From a virus (lineage: Duplodnaviria; Caudoviricetes): a DNA stretch of 38,710 nucleotides. Positions 8,373-18,229 of this stretch are shown in pieces (position 1 is the stretch's first letter; each line of letters starts with the position of its first letter). The translations under genes and the position numbers were made by a program. The notes beneath the pieces were generated by a model. That model was not told where the DNA came from, ran no database searches, and worked only from the letters and a program-made list of their open reading frames with translations. The stretch covers positions 1 through 38,710 of the IMG/VR virus record IMGVR_UViG_3300031260_000128; one strand, written 5' to 3'.

Positions 8373-8686
8373 AGTCAGGTATGGGAAATTATCGCGAATT
8401 AGTAAGAAAGGTGCCGACTGCGCCAACAGTCGGCCAACAAATGGTAGGTAACCAAATGTCACTGCAGAGCATAACACCGGAACAGGCGATTGCAAGAGAA
8501 GCCAATGACGTGATCCGGTCACTGTATTTCACTACACCGGCCTCACGCGACAGCGTTGAAGCCGCACTGGATTCACTGCACGCCGTTGCCAGCAGCATTG
8601 CGCCAACGGTAGCCAAGCACATCAATGTCAGGCTGATAGCCTTGCGCAACCGTATTCATGTTCCGTTGATCCAGCAGGGGGCGTAA
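8369..8686 (+). CDS. Hypothetical early phage protein
   Basis: Coupled ORF in the early operon. Confidence 0.6.
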   Translation: MKSGMGNYRELVRKVPTAPTVGQQMVGNQMSLQSITPEQAIAREANDVIRSLYFTTPASRDSVEAALDSLHAVASSIAPTVAKHINVRLIALRNRIHVPLIQQGA

Positions 8687-8688
8687 CT

Positions 8689-8994
8689 ATGCAATTGGAT
8701 ATGAACAACATTCAACACCGCCGCCTGCGCAAACTGCTGGCTGAGCTGGTTGGGTTACATGCCAACTGTTTGCACACTCAGGGCGTTGAGTCAGCGCAGA
8801 TTTACCAGAGCATGGCCGTAGGTATAAGCCGCGTTTGTGCTGCGGTATTAGTGGATTACGCGGCTGCTGACGCCTGCCTCGAAGTACATGAACACATGTA
8901 CCAGCATGATCGTGCCTTTATTGCCAGTAAGCGGTCGAACACACAACACTGGGCAGGTGAGGCGCGGGCTAGTGACATGAGGGCCAGTGCATGA
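8689..8994 (+). CDS. Hypothetical early phage protein
   Basis: Coupled ORF in the early operon. Confidence 0.6.
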   Translation: MQLDMNNIQHRRLRKLLAELVGLHANCLHTQGVESAQIYQSMAVGISRVCAAVLVDYAAADACLEVHEHMYQHDRAFIASKRSNTQHWAGEARASDMRASA

Positions 8995-9212
8995 GCCAGC
9001 ATTATGAAATATTAGAACGGCTGCATTTGCGGCCGTCATTCAACTCTGCCATTAGCCTTGCGGCCTGTTTCAGTGAGAAACAACCCGCGCGCAAAGTTAG
9101 CCAAGCGCAGCGCCGTAAGGCTGCTGCTCGTCGCCGCATTGAAGCCCATCAGGAGCGCATTGCTATCGCGCAATCACTTGGTTGCAGCCCTCGGGAACTG
9201 GGGGAGCTGTGA
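8991..9212 (+). CDS. Small basic hypothetical phage protein
   Basis: ATGA overlap; Arg/Ala-rich helix. Confidence 0.55.
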   Translation: MSQHYEILERLHLRPSFNSAISLAACFSEKQPARKVSQAQRRKAAARRRIEAHQERIAIAQSLGCSPRELGEL

Positions 9213-9400
9213 CTACCTACGCCGCTGAGTTGTTGGAATACGTTATCTGTAACCTCGGTATAGCCAGCCGGAATCTCACAGAACGTAAAGCCAAAGCAGA
9301 AGCCTATCTGGATGCCAACATTGGAATGGACAGGCGCGACAGAACATCTGTGCCAACTGCTGGCGTGTGTGTCATCACAGATGACAGCAAGGAAAACTGA
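9209..9400 (+). CDS. Hypothetical phage protein
   Basis: GTG start overlapping the upstream stop with GGGGAG RBS; stop overlaps the gpA ATG. Confidence 0.5.
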   Translation: MTTYAAELLEYVICNLGIASRNLTERKAKAEAYLDANIGMDRRDRTSVPTAGVCVITDDSKEN

Positions 9401-11661
9401 TGGATCTTGCCAGATTTGAACGCCAGTCCGGGTTAGCTACCTCGGCCATTTTTATTAACTACAAACAGCGCGATGATCTGCGCTGGTGCTTGCAGCAATT
9501 GGAATGGCTACCGGAAGACATTGCCACCACGTTATTTGTTGATTACCTGAGCCGTTATAAACGCAACGAGCGCAGCGCCAATATATGGTTGCGTACTCGC
9601 TGCGAAACCATGCACAAAATCCTCAAGCGGTTTCCTGTACCACTGTTTCATATGAGTACCGAAACCCGCCGAGCCGCATTGGCGCGGGAATGGGCTGACC
9701 GCTGCCAGTTGCTGCTGCACCAAATGACCGACTACGGCCACAAGCAGGTAGATGCAAAAGTGCTGATCTCTGCCGTGCGTCAACCGGCTGACCAGTGGGG
9801 TATCTGCCCGGCACTGCCATCATTTGAAGACTATGAAGCACGTAAAGCAGTGGGTGAGTTTGAACGCGATCCAAGCTTCTATAATGCCGTGTTGGGGGCT
9901 GTTTGCCGTCTGACAGACGATAAATGGTGGACTCGCCAGCTTGAGCGTATGTTTCGCCGATATCAGGAACATGCCGCCATTGTCGTTGGCAAAGTCCGTG
10001 CAGGAGTCTCGCCTTATGTTTCTAACAAGTCACTGCGCGACTACAAAGCGCGAAAACAGATAGCGCAGGCATGGTTGAACGGCAACTTTGTGATCAACCG
10101 TGATCATGATTTGGAGATGTTGTTAGCTGATGCTGTGGCTGCCAGTGTTGCCAATCCACAGAATCGCCGTAATGAACTCATGGTGCGGATGCGTGGCTTT
10201 GAAGAATACGCCAAGGATAATGACTACGTTGGCGAGTTCTACACCTGGACGGCTCCGAGCCGATTCCACAGTTATGTCAAAAGTAAAAAGGGAACAAGTC
10301 ACGCCAACAAGCGTTATCAGGGCGCCAGCCCAAGAGTTACCCAGCGTTATCTATGCCACCAGTGGGCTAAATGCCGCGCTGCGCTGGCACGTAATGAGGT
10401 TAAATTTTTCGGTTTCCGTGTAGTAGAGCCGCATCATGATGGCACTCCACATTGGCACTTGCTTCTATTTGTGAAACCAGAGCAGTTGCGTTTGCTGCGT
10501 TCCATTATGCGCCGCTATGCCCTACAGCATGACAAAGCTGAGCTGGCACCACCAAAGGGTCATCGTGGGCGCAACTTTCAGGGATACCGCCCACGCTTCG
10601 ACTTTAAAACCATTGACCCCGAGCGTGGCAGCGCCACGGGCTACATTGCCAAATACATCGCCAAGAATATCGACGGTGCATATGTCGCAGATGATTTTGA
10701 GGCTGAAAGCTCAGGTATTCATGGTGCCGAAGGTGTAGCCGCCTGGGCGAGTCTTTGGGGGCTGCGTCAGTTTCAACAAATTGGCGGTCCATCTGTCACA
10801 GCATGGCGTGAATTACGCCGAATCCGCGAACCCCTGAACAGTGAAGACATACTCGAAACCATCCGCCGTACCGCTGATAACGCCGACTGGCAGCGCTTCA
10901 TTGAAACCATGGGCGGCGCTTGCCTGCCTCGCGCCCTGCGCCCAGTAAAACTGATGAAAGCGATAGATGAAGCCGCAAACCAGTACGGGGAAGATATCAC
11001 CCGCCTGCGCGGTGTCATGTCCGCCACATTAGGGGCGATCACCAGAATCGAAGGCTGGGAGATTTCACGGCAGGGACTCGGGCAGACAGACGGCTCCGCT
11101 GTTGCTTTTGAAAGCGGCGACAGCCGCGCAGCTTGGAGTTCTGACAATAACTGTACGCGAGGATCAAAAACACCAGAAAAGGATCAGCGATTGATCGCTG
11201 AACTTAAAAAACTGGGGGTTGAAGCGCGTGATCTTGCGCTACTGCGACAGGGGGCAGTTATCAATTCCGAGGGATCCTTAATTCGCTTGCGCCGCTCAGG
11301 TCAAACCGGGGCTGAAATGCTCATCGTCAGCCGCGCAACCGATGCCGCCGAAGAAAATAACGCCGATTTTCATGATCTAGACGCCATCACCGAGGCCGAG
11401 CAGCGCCAATACATCGCCACAGAACGCCAGCGCCTACGCCGCGAAGCGTGGAAGCTGATGGAAGAACACGAACACCAAGACGGCGACATAGAGGACTGGA
11501 TCAACAACCAGAGCAGCATTGAGCTATCGCAGCTCGCCATCGAACAACTTACCGACGTGCTGGAACTGGAGCGCATCGAAACCGCAATGCACAACAAACG
11601 CCAGCGCCAGCAAACACAGCAACAATATTGGGAGGACGTTGAAGACTATGCCGACTTCTAG
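9400..11661 (+). CDS. A: Rolling-circle replication initiator gpA (HUH endonuclease)
   Basis: TWTAPSRFH, EPHHDGTPHWH, GYIAKYIAKNI (two catalytic Tyr), WGLRQFQQIG. Confidence 0.97.
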   Translation: MDLARFERQSGLATSAIFINYKQRDDLRWCLQQLEWLPEDIATTLFVDYLSRYKRNERSANIWLRTRCETMHKILKRFPVPLFHMSTETRRAALAREWADRCQLLLHQMTDYGHKQVDAKVLISAVRQPADQWGICPALPSFEDYEARKAVGEFERDPSFYNAVLGAVCRLTDDKWWTRQLERMFRRYQEHAAIVVGKVRAGVSPYVSNKSLRDYKARKQIAQAWLNGNFVINRDHDLEMLLADAVAASVANPQNRRNELMVRMRGFEEYAKDNDYVGEFYTWTAPSRFHSYVKSKKGTSHANKRYQGASPRVTQRYLCHQWAKCRAALARNEVKFFGFRVVEPHHDGTPHWHLLLFVKPEQLRLLRSIMRRYALQHDKAELAPPKGHRGRNFQGYRPRFDFKTIDPERGSATGYIAKYIAKNIDGAYVADDFEAESSGIHGAEGVAAWASLWGLRQFQQIGGPSVTAWRELRRIREPLNSEDILETIRRTADNADWQRFIETMGGACLPRALRPVKLMKAIDEAANQYGEDITRLRGVMSATLGAITRIEGWEISRQGLGQTDGSAVAFESGDSRAAWSSDNNCTRGSKTPEKDQRLIAELKKLGVEARDLALLRQGAVINSEGSLIRLRRSGQTGAEMLIVSRATDAAEENNADFHDLDAITEAEQRQYIATERQRLRREAWKLMEEHEHQDGDIEDWINNQSSIELSQLAIEQLTDVLELERIETAMHNKRQRQQTQQQYWEDVEDYADF
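11126..11157 (+). other. ori: P2-type origin of replication (gpA nick site) inside gene A
   Basis: GCGCAGCTTGGAGTTCTGACAATAACTGTACG resembles P2 ori GCGCCTCG^GAGTCCTGTCAATAACTGT. Confidence 0.85.
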
Positions 11662-11899
11662 CTGCATTTATGACATGAACAAACAAGAAGACAGGGACCG
11701 ATACGCCGCAGAGCAGCTTAAAAGCCGCCAGTGCTTTGAGCGCTTCCAGCGCTGTAGAAATATGCTCGACAGCAGCAGATCACGCCAGCAAATCATCGCC
11801 TGGTTAGACTGCCTGCAGCCAGCAGAAAGGGAACGTTGCCGACAGGTACTTAACGACATTAAAAATGGCCGCAGAGCAAAAGCGGAGATGAATACATGA
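11648..11899 (+). CDS. Hypothetical protein after gpA
   Basis: ATG 11648 overlaps the end of A; ATGA overlap with the next gene. Confidence 0.55.
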   Translation: MPTSSCIYDMNKQEDRDRYAAEQLKSRQCFERFQRCRNMLDSSRSRQQIIAWLDCLQPAERERCRQVLNDIKNGRRAKAEMNT

Positions 11900-12189
11900 T
11901 GCAAACATTGCTCAGAGGTATCGAACAGGAAGCGACGATCATGGATTTAATCAGCCTCACTGATATTACCAGCGAAGGCATTATAGGTGGCCTGGTAGAT
12001 TACTACGTGCGCGGCCATAACTTGACCACAGCTGCCGCCTTGAACGGCCAAACTAAAGGCAACTTAGGTACCGCAAAAGCTACATTAGAAGCCAAAGCAA
12101 TGATCGTGTACCGCATCAACGAACGAGAAAATGCACGAAAAGGTTATGGGTTCACTCAGAACAATTTGCAAATGGAGGTAAACCAGTGA
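11896..12189 (+). CDS. PapB/FocB-like small transcription regulator
   Basis: LISLTDITSEGIIGGLVDYYVRGHNLTTAAALNG resembles the PapB family pattern. Confidence 0.6.
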   Translation: MMQTLLRGIEQEATIMDLISLTDITSEGIIGGLVDYYVRGHNLTTAAALNGQTKGNLGTAKATLEAKAMIVYRINERENARKGYGFTQNNLQMEVNQ

Positions 12190-12431
12190 TCATCACCGCT
12201 ACCACTCAAGTGAATATTAGTCAGCAAGAGATAGACCGCATTACCACCGCTAGGCTTAATCAGTTTTGGCTGCGGATGAATGTCACTGCAGATAGTTTGC
12301 GTATAGAAAACGGTAACCTAGTTGTAGATTACACCTTAGCCGGCGGGCATGAGATTAGCGAAGTATTGCGTAAAGCAACTGAGTTAGATAAAGCTATTTT
12401 CACCGTGCTAATTGCCCTATCTCACGGTTGA
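12186..12431 (+). CDS. Hypothetical protein
   Basis: GTGA overlap, GGAGG RBS. Confidence 0.55.
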   Translation: MIITATTQVNISQQEIDRITTARLNQFWLRMNVTADSLRIENGNLVVDYTLAGGHEISEVLRKATELDKAIFTVLIALSHG

Positions 12432-12513
12432 TACTGGACAACTGCTAGGTTGGACGTTTGAGCCCTCATCATTATTTTTCATCGTATTTATTTTCATGTA
12501 ACAGCTTATCGTA

Positions 12514-12567
12514 TAACAACAATATCGTTACTTATCATATACATAATAAGTAACGATGTTGTTGTTA
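12514..12567. repeat. 22-bp inverted repeat with a 10-nt loop
   Basis: TAACAACAATATCGTTACTTAT-CATATACATA-ATAAGTAACGATGTTGTTGTTA, one mismatch. Confidence 0.95.
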
Positions 12568-12782
12568 GGATAAAATTTTTGTGGTCTGCTTTAGTCCAAT
12601 AAGACTGGCGTAAACAGTGAAAATTACTTGTTAGGATAATAGATGTATTTTTTAGTTTCCTGATATTAGATTTTTTAATGGAAACTTGTGCTGTAATTCT
12701 GTAACTATGTGAATATTATTGATTATTTCTATACGTTTATTTACTTTGATGACGTTGTTTAGAAATATTTACGGAGTAAAAA

Positions 12783-12974
12783 ATGTGTTGTTTGCGGTTA
12801 CATCAGATTGGGTTACTGACTGGGATGATGGCCGATACAGATATATCTGAACGGGACAGATCTGCAATCACAGCTCTTATTGCAGAGATTTCAACAAAGC
12901 CATGTGACGAGATACTCAAGATAAAATCCACTATTCCTCGTGCTGCACATCAAATGAATTCAATAGCGGAGTGA
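12783..12974 (+). CDS. Small hypothetical phage protein
   Basis: GGAG RBS, 63 aa. Confidence 0.5.
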   Translation: MCCLRLHQIGLLTGMMADTDISERDRSAITALIAEISTKPCDEILKIKSTIPRAAHQMNSIAE

Positions 12975-13003
12975 ATTTTTGGAGTTATTGGGGTTATTCT
13001 AAT

Positions 13004-13039
13004 TTGACGATATAGTTAATTGGGGTTACTATAACCCCA
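13004..13039 (+). promoter_or_regulatory. hicAB sigma70 promoter with an overlapping palindromic operator
   Basis: TTGACG-17 nt-TACTAT; palindrome TGGGGTTA-CTA-TAACCCCA (13021-13039) covers the -10. Confidence 0.8.
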
Positions 13040-13061
13040 CATTAAACAGGTGGGAGGTTTA

Positions 13062-13241
13062 GTGAAGAGTGCAGACCTGATTAAGCTTTTGGAATCCAAT
13101 GGATGGCAGCTTGTCAGCGTAAGAGGAAGTCACCATAAATTTAGACATCCAGATTACGAAGATCCTGTGGTAGTTCCTCACCCAAAGAAAGATTTAGGTA
13201 AGGGATTGGTTCAAAAGCTAAAACGGCAGGCGGGGCTATAA
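13062..13241 (+). CDS. hicA: HicA mRNA interferase toxin
   Basis: GWQLVSVRGSHHKFRHP, VVVPHPKKDLGKG; GTG start after GGAGG. Confidence 0.95.
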   Translation: MKSADLIKLLESNGWQLVSVRGSHHKFRHPDYEDPVVVPHPKKDLGKGLVQKLKRQAGL

Positions 13242-13293
13242 GCCCCTCCTTATCCCTCACTGAACTGATAGAAGTAAGTAATGGAGCAAAGTT

Positions 13294-13725
13294 ATGTTAT
13301 ATCCCATTGCAATTGAAATTGGCGATACCGACGTGGCATATGGTGTGGCATTTCCTGATTTGGCTGGCTGCTTCTCTGCGGGTGACACTTTAGAGGAGGC
13401 GTTATCCAATGCTAAAGAAGCCGCGGAGATGTATTTAGAAGACTTGGCTGAACGTGGAAAATTACCGCCTCAAGCAGGTGATTTGGCAACATGGCAGAAA
13501 GATCCTGAATATCAGGGCTGGGCGTGGGCAGTTGTGGACGTAGATATTGAGCCATACATGGGTAAGGCTGCGAAAATCAATGTCACGTTACCAACTTTAG
13601 TGACAAAACGCATTGATGATATCGTTAAGCAGATGCCCGAATATAAAAGCCGCAGCAACTTTTTGCAAATAGCAGCAATGCGCGAGTTAGCACGTAGTAA
13701 AGAGCATAGTGATAGTGCAGCTTAA
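13294..13725 (+). CDS. hicB: HicB antitoxin with C-terminal RHH
   Basis: YGVAFPDLAGCFSAGDTLEEALSNAKEA, KINVTLP, SRSNFL. Confidence 0.95.
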   Translation: MLYPIAIEIGDTDVAYGVAFPDLAGCFSAGDTLEEALSNAKEAAEMYLEDLAERGKLPPQAGDLATWQKDPEYQGWAWAVVDVDIEPYMGKAAKINVTLPTLVTKRIDDIVKQMPEYKSRSNFLQIAAMRELARSKEHSDSAA

Positions 13726-14000
13726 ATTGAGGCGGAAGCGTCTTTGTTCCCATATAGCCGCTGTGCGCAGTGGCTCATAGGTAGTGTTACTTTGCCAGGG
13801 GTTTTTATGGCCGGTGGCACTACCATTCGTTGCACTTCTTCAATTGCAACAAACGACATACCACAAGGTTTTTCACCTTCGATATTGCTGCACACGTACA
13901 AACGTTCACGAGTACAGTCACTCATTTGTTTAGTTCGGCGCAAGTGAGCCCGGCCCCCACAGTTAGGACAGTACATACCATTTCCATTACCTTTGCTCAT
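13722..14000 (-). CDS. ogr: Ogr/Delta zinc-finger late gene activator
   Basis: CPNCG, ERLYVCSN, CGMSFVA; follows D. Confidence 0.92.
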   Translation of the reverse strand: MSKGNGNGMYCPNCGGRAHLRRTKQMSDCTRERLYVCSNIEGEKPCGMSFVAIEEVQRMVVPPAIKTPGKVTLPMSHCAQRLYGNKDASASI

Positions 14001-14106
14001 GTTACTAAGTCCTCATTGTTACTGCGCACATCTGTAACGCATGATAATTGGTTAATTTATTTAAATATTGTATCAAAAAAACAACCATGTGAATAAGTCT
14101 TAAAAA

Positions 14107-15153
14107 TCAATTTGAATTGTTTTTACTGTCATTTGATAAGTTGTTTCTTACCTCAAACTCCAACTGACTCGTATAACCTGAGTCTCTGACCTCGTGCCGT
14201 ACATTGACCAGCAGCCAGCCGAGCTGGTCAATCTCCTGCTTGAAGCCTGATACCGTCACCGGGCATTCTGGGAACAGTGTTGGATCTCCTTTTGCCAGCG
14301 TTAACTGCAAACGCGCCACCCCGCGCTGCAATTTGTCCCATTCTGCCCTGGCGGCACGTTTGGCGTTCTCTTTGCTGGCATAGATGTGGCGCAGGATTTT
14401 CACGTTGTCGTCATCACCAACCAACACCTGTTTGTCATTCTTAGTGGACTGTCGTTTAGCGGTGAGGCTCTGGCGTTTCGCGCCTCTGGTGTCCTGCCAG
14501 TAGGCAATCACCCCAGAATAGCTTTCGCGGTCGGCCACGTTAAAGCTGTGACGGTCGCCGCTGCTGCGGGTAATGGTGCTGACCGGAAGCGCTTGCCCGC
14601 TGCCGCTTTGGGCCTGTCCGGCTTTGATAAACAGCAGGTTGTCGGCTTTGACAGTAGCTATGGCATCAAACTGCTGCGCCAGCCGGGTGAGAAAGCCCGC
14701 ATCGGATTCGCTGGCCTGGTCAATGTGGTCAATCAGTTCGCTGGCAAGGGCCTGGGTCACCACTGCTTTCAGCGTATGGCGATTGGCGATGGTATCCACC
14801 AGAGTTTGCACGGTGATGCCATGCCAGCTTTGCTCCTGCAGTTTTTGCAGACTGCCACGCAGATTGGCGGCATTGCCGCGCAAGGTGAGCACATCCGGGG
14901 GACCGCTGTGGCTGATTTCATCAATGGTGTAGCGGCCTTTATCCACCAGTCCTTCCCCCTGCCAGCCCAGCAGTACCTGCATGCTGGCCCCTTTTCGGGG
15001 TAACTGCAGCTGGCCGTCACTGTCATCCAGTTGCAGCTCCAGGGTGTCGGCCTCAAAGCCCCGTTTGTCTTCCAGTGTCAGACTGATAAGCCGTGGCCGG
15101 AGTTTGCTGCTGATGTCCTTGCCATCCACCACAATACGGTAATCCGGCTGCAT
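14107..15153 (-). CDS. D: Late control/tail hub protein gpD
   Basis: LISLTLEDKRGFEADTLELQLDD, HIDQASESDAGFLTRLA. Confidence 0.95.
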   Translation of the reverse strand: MQPDYRIVVDGKDISSKLRPRLISLTLEDKRGFEADTLELQLDDSDGQLQLPRKGASMQVLLGWQGEGLVDKGRYTIDEISHSGPPDVLTLRGNAANLRGSLQKLQEQSWHGITVQTLVDTIANRHTLKAVVTQALASELIDHIDQASESDAGFLTRLAQQFDAIATVKADNLLFIKAGQAQSGSGQALPVSTITRSSGDRHSFNVADRESYSGVIAYWQDTRGAKRQSLTAKRQSTKNDKQVLVGDDDNVKILRHIYASKENAKRAARAEWDKLQRGVARLQLTLAKGDPTLFPECPVTVSGFKQEIDQLGWLLVNVRHEVRDSGYTSQLEFEVRNNLSNDSKNNSN

Positions 15154-15596
15154 TACAGGTTCCTCAAATCGCGCAGCAGGTTAATGCTGCTGGTCAGTTG
15201 CAGCAAACCGGGCAGGTCCTGCTCGTCCACCCGTTTTAACTCGATGGAAAACTCAATCTTGCGCGGCGCGCCATCATCAAAAAAGGCGCTACGGCTGCGA
15301 CTGATTTTCTCAATGACGTAATGACCATAGACCTTGCCGGTGCCATCAATCAGCGGGTAGGGCGTGCCCTTGTCGGCCATCTTCACCAGTAGTCCCAGCG
15401 TGAGGTCGTTGCCGGTAATTTCCGGTACCAGTACCCCGCTGAGGGTCAGGCTTTCATCTCCCGGCCCCAGGAACTGGCTGACTGGTCTGGCATTGACCCG
15501 GGCATTGCTGGGATGGCGCCATGGCATGGTCTGCTCGGTGCTCTGAAATGGCACGGTTTTACGGCTAAACACAAAATACCCCAGGGTCATCATCAT
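15153..15596 (-). CDS. U: Tail protein gpU
   Basis: MMMTLGYFVF, QFLGPGDESLTLSGVL, KIEFSIELKRVD. Confidence 0.93.
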   Translation of the reverse strand: MMMTLGYFVFSRKTVPFQSTEQTMPWRHPSNARVNARPVSQFLGPGDESLTLSGVLVPEITGNDLTLGLLVKMADKGTPYPLIDGTGKVYGHYVIEKISRSRSAFFDDGAPRKIEFSIELKRVDEQDLPGLLQLTSSINLLRDLRNL

Positions 15597-15601
15597 GGTG
15601 G

Positions 15602-18229
15602 TTACTCCAAATCCTGCAGGCAACTGCGAAGGCGCGCCTGCTGTTGTTGTTCGCGGCGGTCCAGCTCTTGACGCAATAGCGTCAGGATGGCCTGGTTATC
15701 CATGCCAGGTTGCGCCTGGATGGTGATAGGCGCATTGATGCCAGCATCGATGTAAACCGCTGCGGGTTGGCTCGGCCGAGGGTTGGCACCCTGTACTTGG
15801 GTCAGGGTCAGTGGTGGTGTTTCTTGTACGCCGGGTGTGGGCAGTTCCGTCTCGTTGGCGGTCGCCAGCGTCGGCGAGCTGGCAATGCCGAGCGATAGCG
15901 TGGTGGCCTTGAGGGTTTTACTGAGACTTGCCACCGATTGCAGCGGGGTGTCGCTCGAGCGCTCAAGCCCCAGCGATAAGCCCTGCATGGTGTAGTCACC
16001 AATGGCGGCAAATACCCGGCTCGGCGAGTGAATACCCAGCAGGTTTTTCACCCAAGCCACCGAGCCGTTGATGATGTTACCCAGAGAATCCTTAAGGCCG
16101 GTAAACTTGCCCTGGATGCCGGCGATCAGCCCATCCATGATAAGGCTGCCCAAGGTGCTGAACTGCTGCGGCAGGCTGCCCAGAAAGGCTTTGATGTCGG
16201 CAAAGTGACTGGCAATAAATCCCATGGGTGACCAGCTAAACACCTGCTTGATAACATTCCAGCCGGCCATAAATCCGGGCTTGATGGCGTCCCAGAACTG
16301 CAGCAGGTATTGTTTAAAACTGTCCCAGTGGGTGACTAACAGATAGCCGGCCGTCACCAGCCCCGCAATCCCCAGCACTATCCAGCCAAACGGCGTGGTG
16401 AGTAGCGCCAGCGACAGACTCCGTATCCCCAGCAGCAAGCCCTTGAACAGTCCGGTGACCAGTCCCAGCCCACGGCCGAGGGCGGGCAGTGACTTGATGC
16501 CGAGCACGCTGGCGCTGTAGCGCAGCATGGCAAATGGACCGATTAAGCCGGCTATCATCACCGCCAGCCCGCCGCCGGCCGCAGCCAGGATGGAGATAGC
16601 CAGTGCGCCCTTGAGCAGGCCGCTTGCCAGTGCCGGGTTGGCCTTTACCCAGCCGCCGATGGCGCGCACCACGTCGGTAATGTCCCGGACAAGGCTGCGG
16701 AGGTTATCGCTATCGCCTTCAAACAGCTGGATACGCACATCATCCACGGCGGAATAGAGCGTATCTAAATCGCCTTTGATGTTATCAGTCATCACCTGCG
16801 ACATCTGTTTGGCTACGCCCCGGCTTTCGGTGGCAAGCTGCCGGGCATATTTGGCAAAGCCCTGACTGCCGGCCTGGCCTATCAGTTCATTCATGCCGCT
16901 GGCAGCTTCTTCACCAAACAGGGTCTTGTAGATGCTCAGGCGGTCGGCGGAACCCATCTTTTCAGTGGCCTTGGCAACATCGGTCATCACCGTGATGATG
17001 TTGCGCATGTTGCCTTTGGCGTCTTTGGTATTGACGCCCAGTTCCTCAAACAGTGCCTTGGCCTGTTTGGTGGGGCCGGCCAGACGGTTGAGCATGGCAC
17101 GCAGTGCGGTACCGGAGTTGGATGCTTGAATACCGATGTTACCGAGCAAACCGGCAGCGGCGGCCGCTTCGGAAAGCTTCATCCCCGCCGTTTGTGCAAT
17201 CGGCCCCATGTACTTCATGGTTTCAGCCAGCATCTCCAAGTCCACGTTAGAGGTGGTCATGGTCAGTGCCAGCACATCGGCCACCTGGGTCATCTCACTG
17301 GCTGGCAGCTTGAACGCGGACAGGATGTTAGAGCTGATATCGGCGGTGCGGGCTAAATCGATGTCGCCGGCCTTGGACAAATCGAGCATGGACGGCATGG
17401 CGGCCCGGATGCTCTCAGGAGTAAAGCCGGCCATGGCGAGGAACGCCTGACCGCGGGACACATCGGTGGCAGTAAAGCTGGTATCGGCCCCCAGTTGCCG
17501 GGCCTGTTGGCGCAGTGCTTTAAGCTGTGGGCTGTTGGCATCCAGACGGGTGAGCGCCTGCACCTTGGACTGGGCGGTCTGGTATTCCACCCCGGGTGCC
17601 AGCAAGCGCGCCCCGGCATAGAGTCCGGCGCCACCGGTTGCCATGGCAGTAGCGCCTTTGCCGGCGAGGGTTGAGGCAACGGCTCGGCTGTTGGTCAGTT
17701 GCTGGCGCGCAGCGTTGAGCTTTTTCTGCTGGGCAGAAAGCTGCGCTAACCGGTCTTTTTGTTGTTGGAGCTGGTCATTGGCGCGTGCCAGTGACGCGGA
17801 AAGTTCCCGCTGATAGCGGCTTAAGTGACGGGTATCAATGCCCGCTTCACGCAGGGCGCTGCGCTGTCGCTGCTGTGAGATGGCCAGCTGTTGCTGCTGG
17901 GTCTTGAGCCGTACCGCTTCACGCTGCGCTGCCGCATAACTGCGGGTCAGGGCCTTGCTTGGTGCGGTGCTGGCCTTCATCTCCTGCGCCAGCCGGGCCA
18001 TCTGGTCCCGCGCTTCTTTAAGCTGCACCGAGGTCATGCCTAGCTGCTTGGCGGTGTTGCGATAGCCCTGTACCTGTCGGGTCTGCTGCTCCAGCTGCTT
18101 TACCTTGGCGCGAGTCTCTTTGAAAGCTTCTTGGGTTTTTAAACCGGCGCCGCGCATCTTTTTCAGCGGGGCGGTGACCTTGTCAACGGCGGCTAAAATC
18201 ACCTGGAGCTGTAATCTATTCATCGGCAT
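15602..18229 (-). CDS. T: Tail tape measure protein
   Basis: LQVILAAVDKVTAPL start, TP901-type core, LGIHSPSRVFA motif. Confidence 0.95.
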   Translation of the reverse strand: MPMNRLQLQVILAAVDKVTAPLKKMRGAGLKTQEAFKETRAKVKQLEQQTRQVQGYRNTAKQLGMTSVQLKEARDQMARLAQEMKASTAPSKALTRSYAAAQREAVRLKTQQQQLAISQQRQRSALREAGIDTRHLSRYQRELSASLARANDQLQQQKDRLAQLSAQQKKLNAARQQLTNSRAVASTLAGKGATAMATGGAGLYAGARLLAPGVEYQTAQSKVQALTRLDANSPQLKALRQQARQLGADTSFTATDVSRGQAFLAMAGFTPESIRAAMPSMLDLSKAGDIDLARTADISSNILSAFKLPASEMTQVADVLALTMTTSNVDLEMLAETMKYMGPIAQTAGMKLSEAAAAAGLLGNIGIQASNSGTALRAMLNRLAGPTKQAKALFEELGVNTKDAKGNMRNIITVMTDVAKATEKMGSADRLSIYKTLFGEEAASGMNELIGQAGSQGFAKYARQLATESRGVAKQMSQVMTDNIKGDLDTLYSAVDDVRIQLFEGDSDNLRSLVRDITDVVRAIGGWVKANPALASGLLKGALAISILAAAGGGLAVMIAGLIGPFAMLRYSASVLGIKSLPALGRGLGLVTGLFKGLLLGIRSLSLALLTTPFGWIVLGIAGLVTAGYLLVTHWDSFKQYLLQFWDAIKPGFMAGWNVIKQVFSWSPMGFIASHFADIKAFLGSLPQQFSTLGSLIMDGLIAGIQGKFTGLKDSLGNIINGSVAWVKNLLGIHSPSRVFAAIGDYTMQGLSLGLERSSDTPLQSVASLSKTLKATTLSLGIASSPTLATANETELPTPGVQETPPLTLTQVQGANPRPSQPAAVYIDAGINAPITIQAQPGMDNQAILTLLRQELDRREQQQQARLRSCLQDLE

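Noticed and set aside
12514-12567. Palindrome as a protelomerase (telRL) site
   Set aside because: No protelomerase in the window and the repeat has a non-palindromic 10-nt centre.
12431-12780. LexA box or tum-like SOS antirepressor locus
   Set aside because: No CTGT-N8-ACAG match seen; the closest (CTGGCGTAAACAG) has the wrong spacing.
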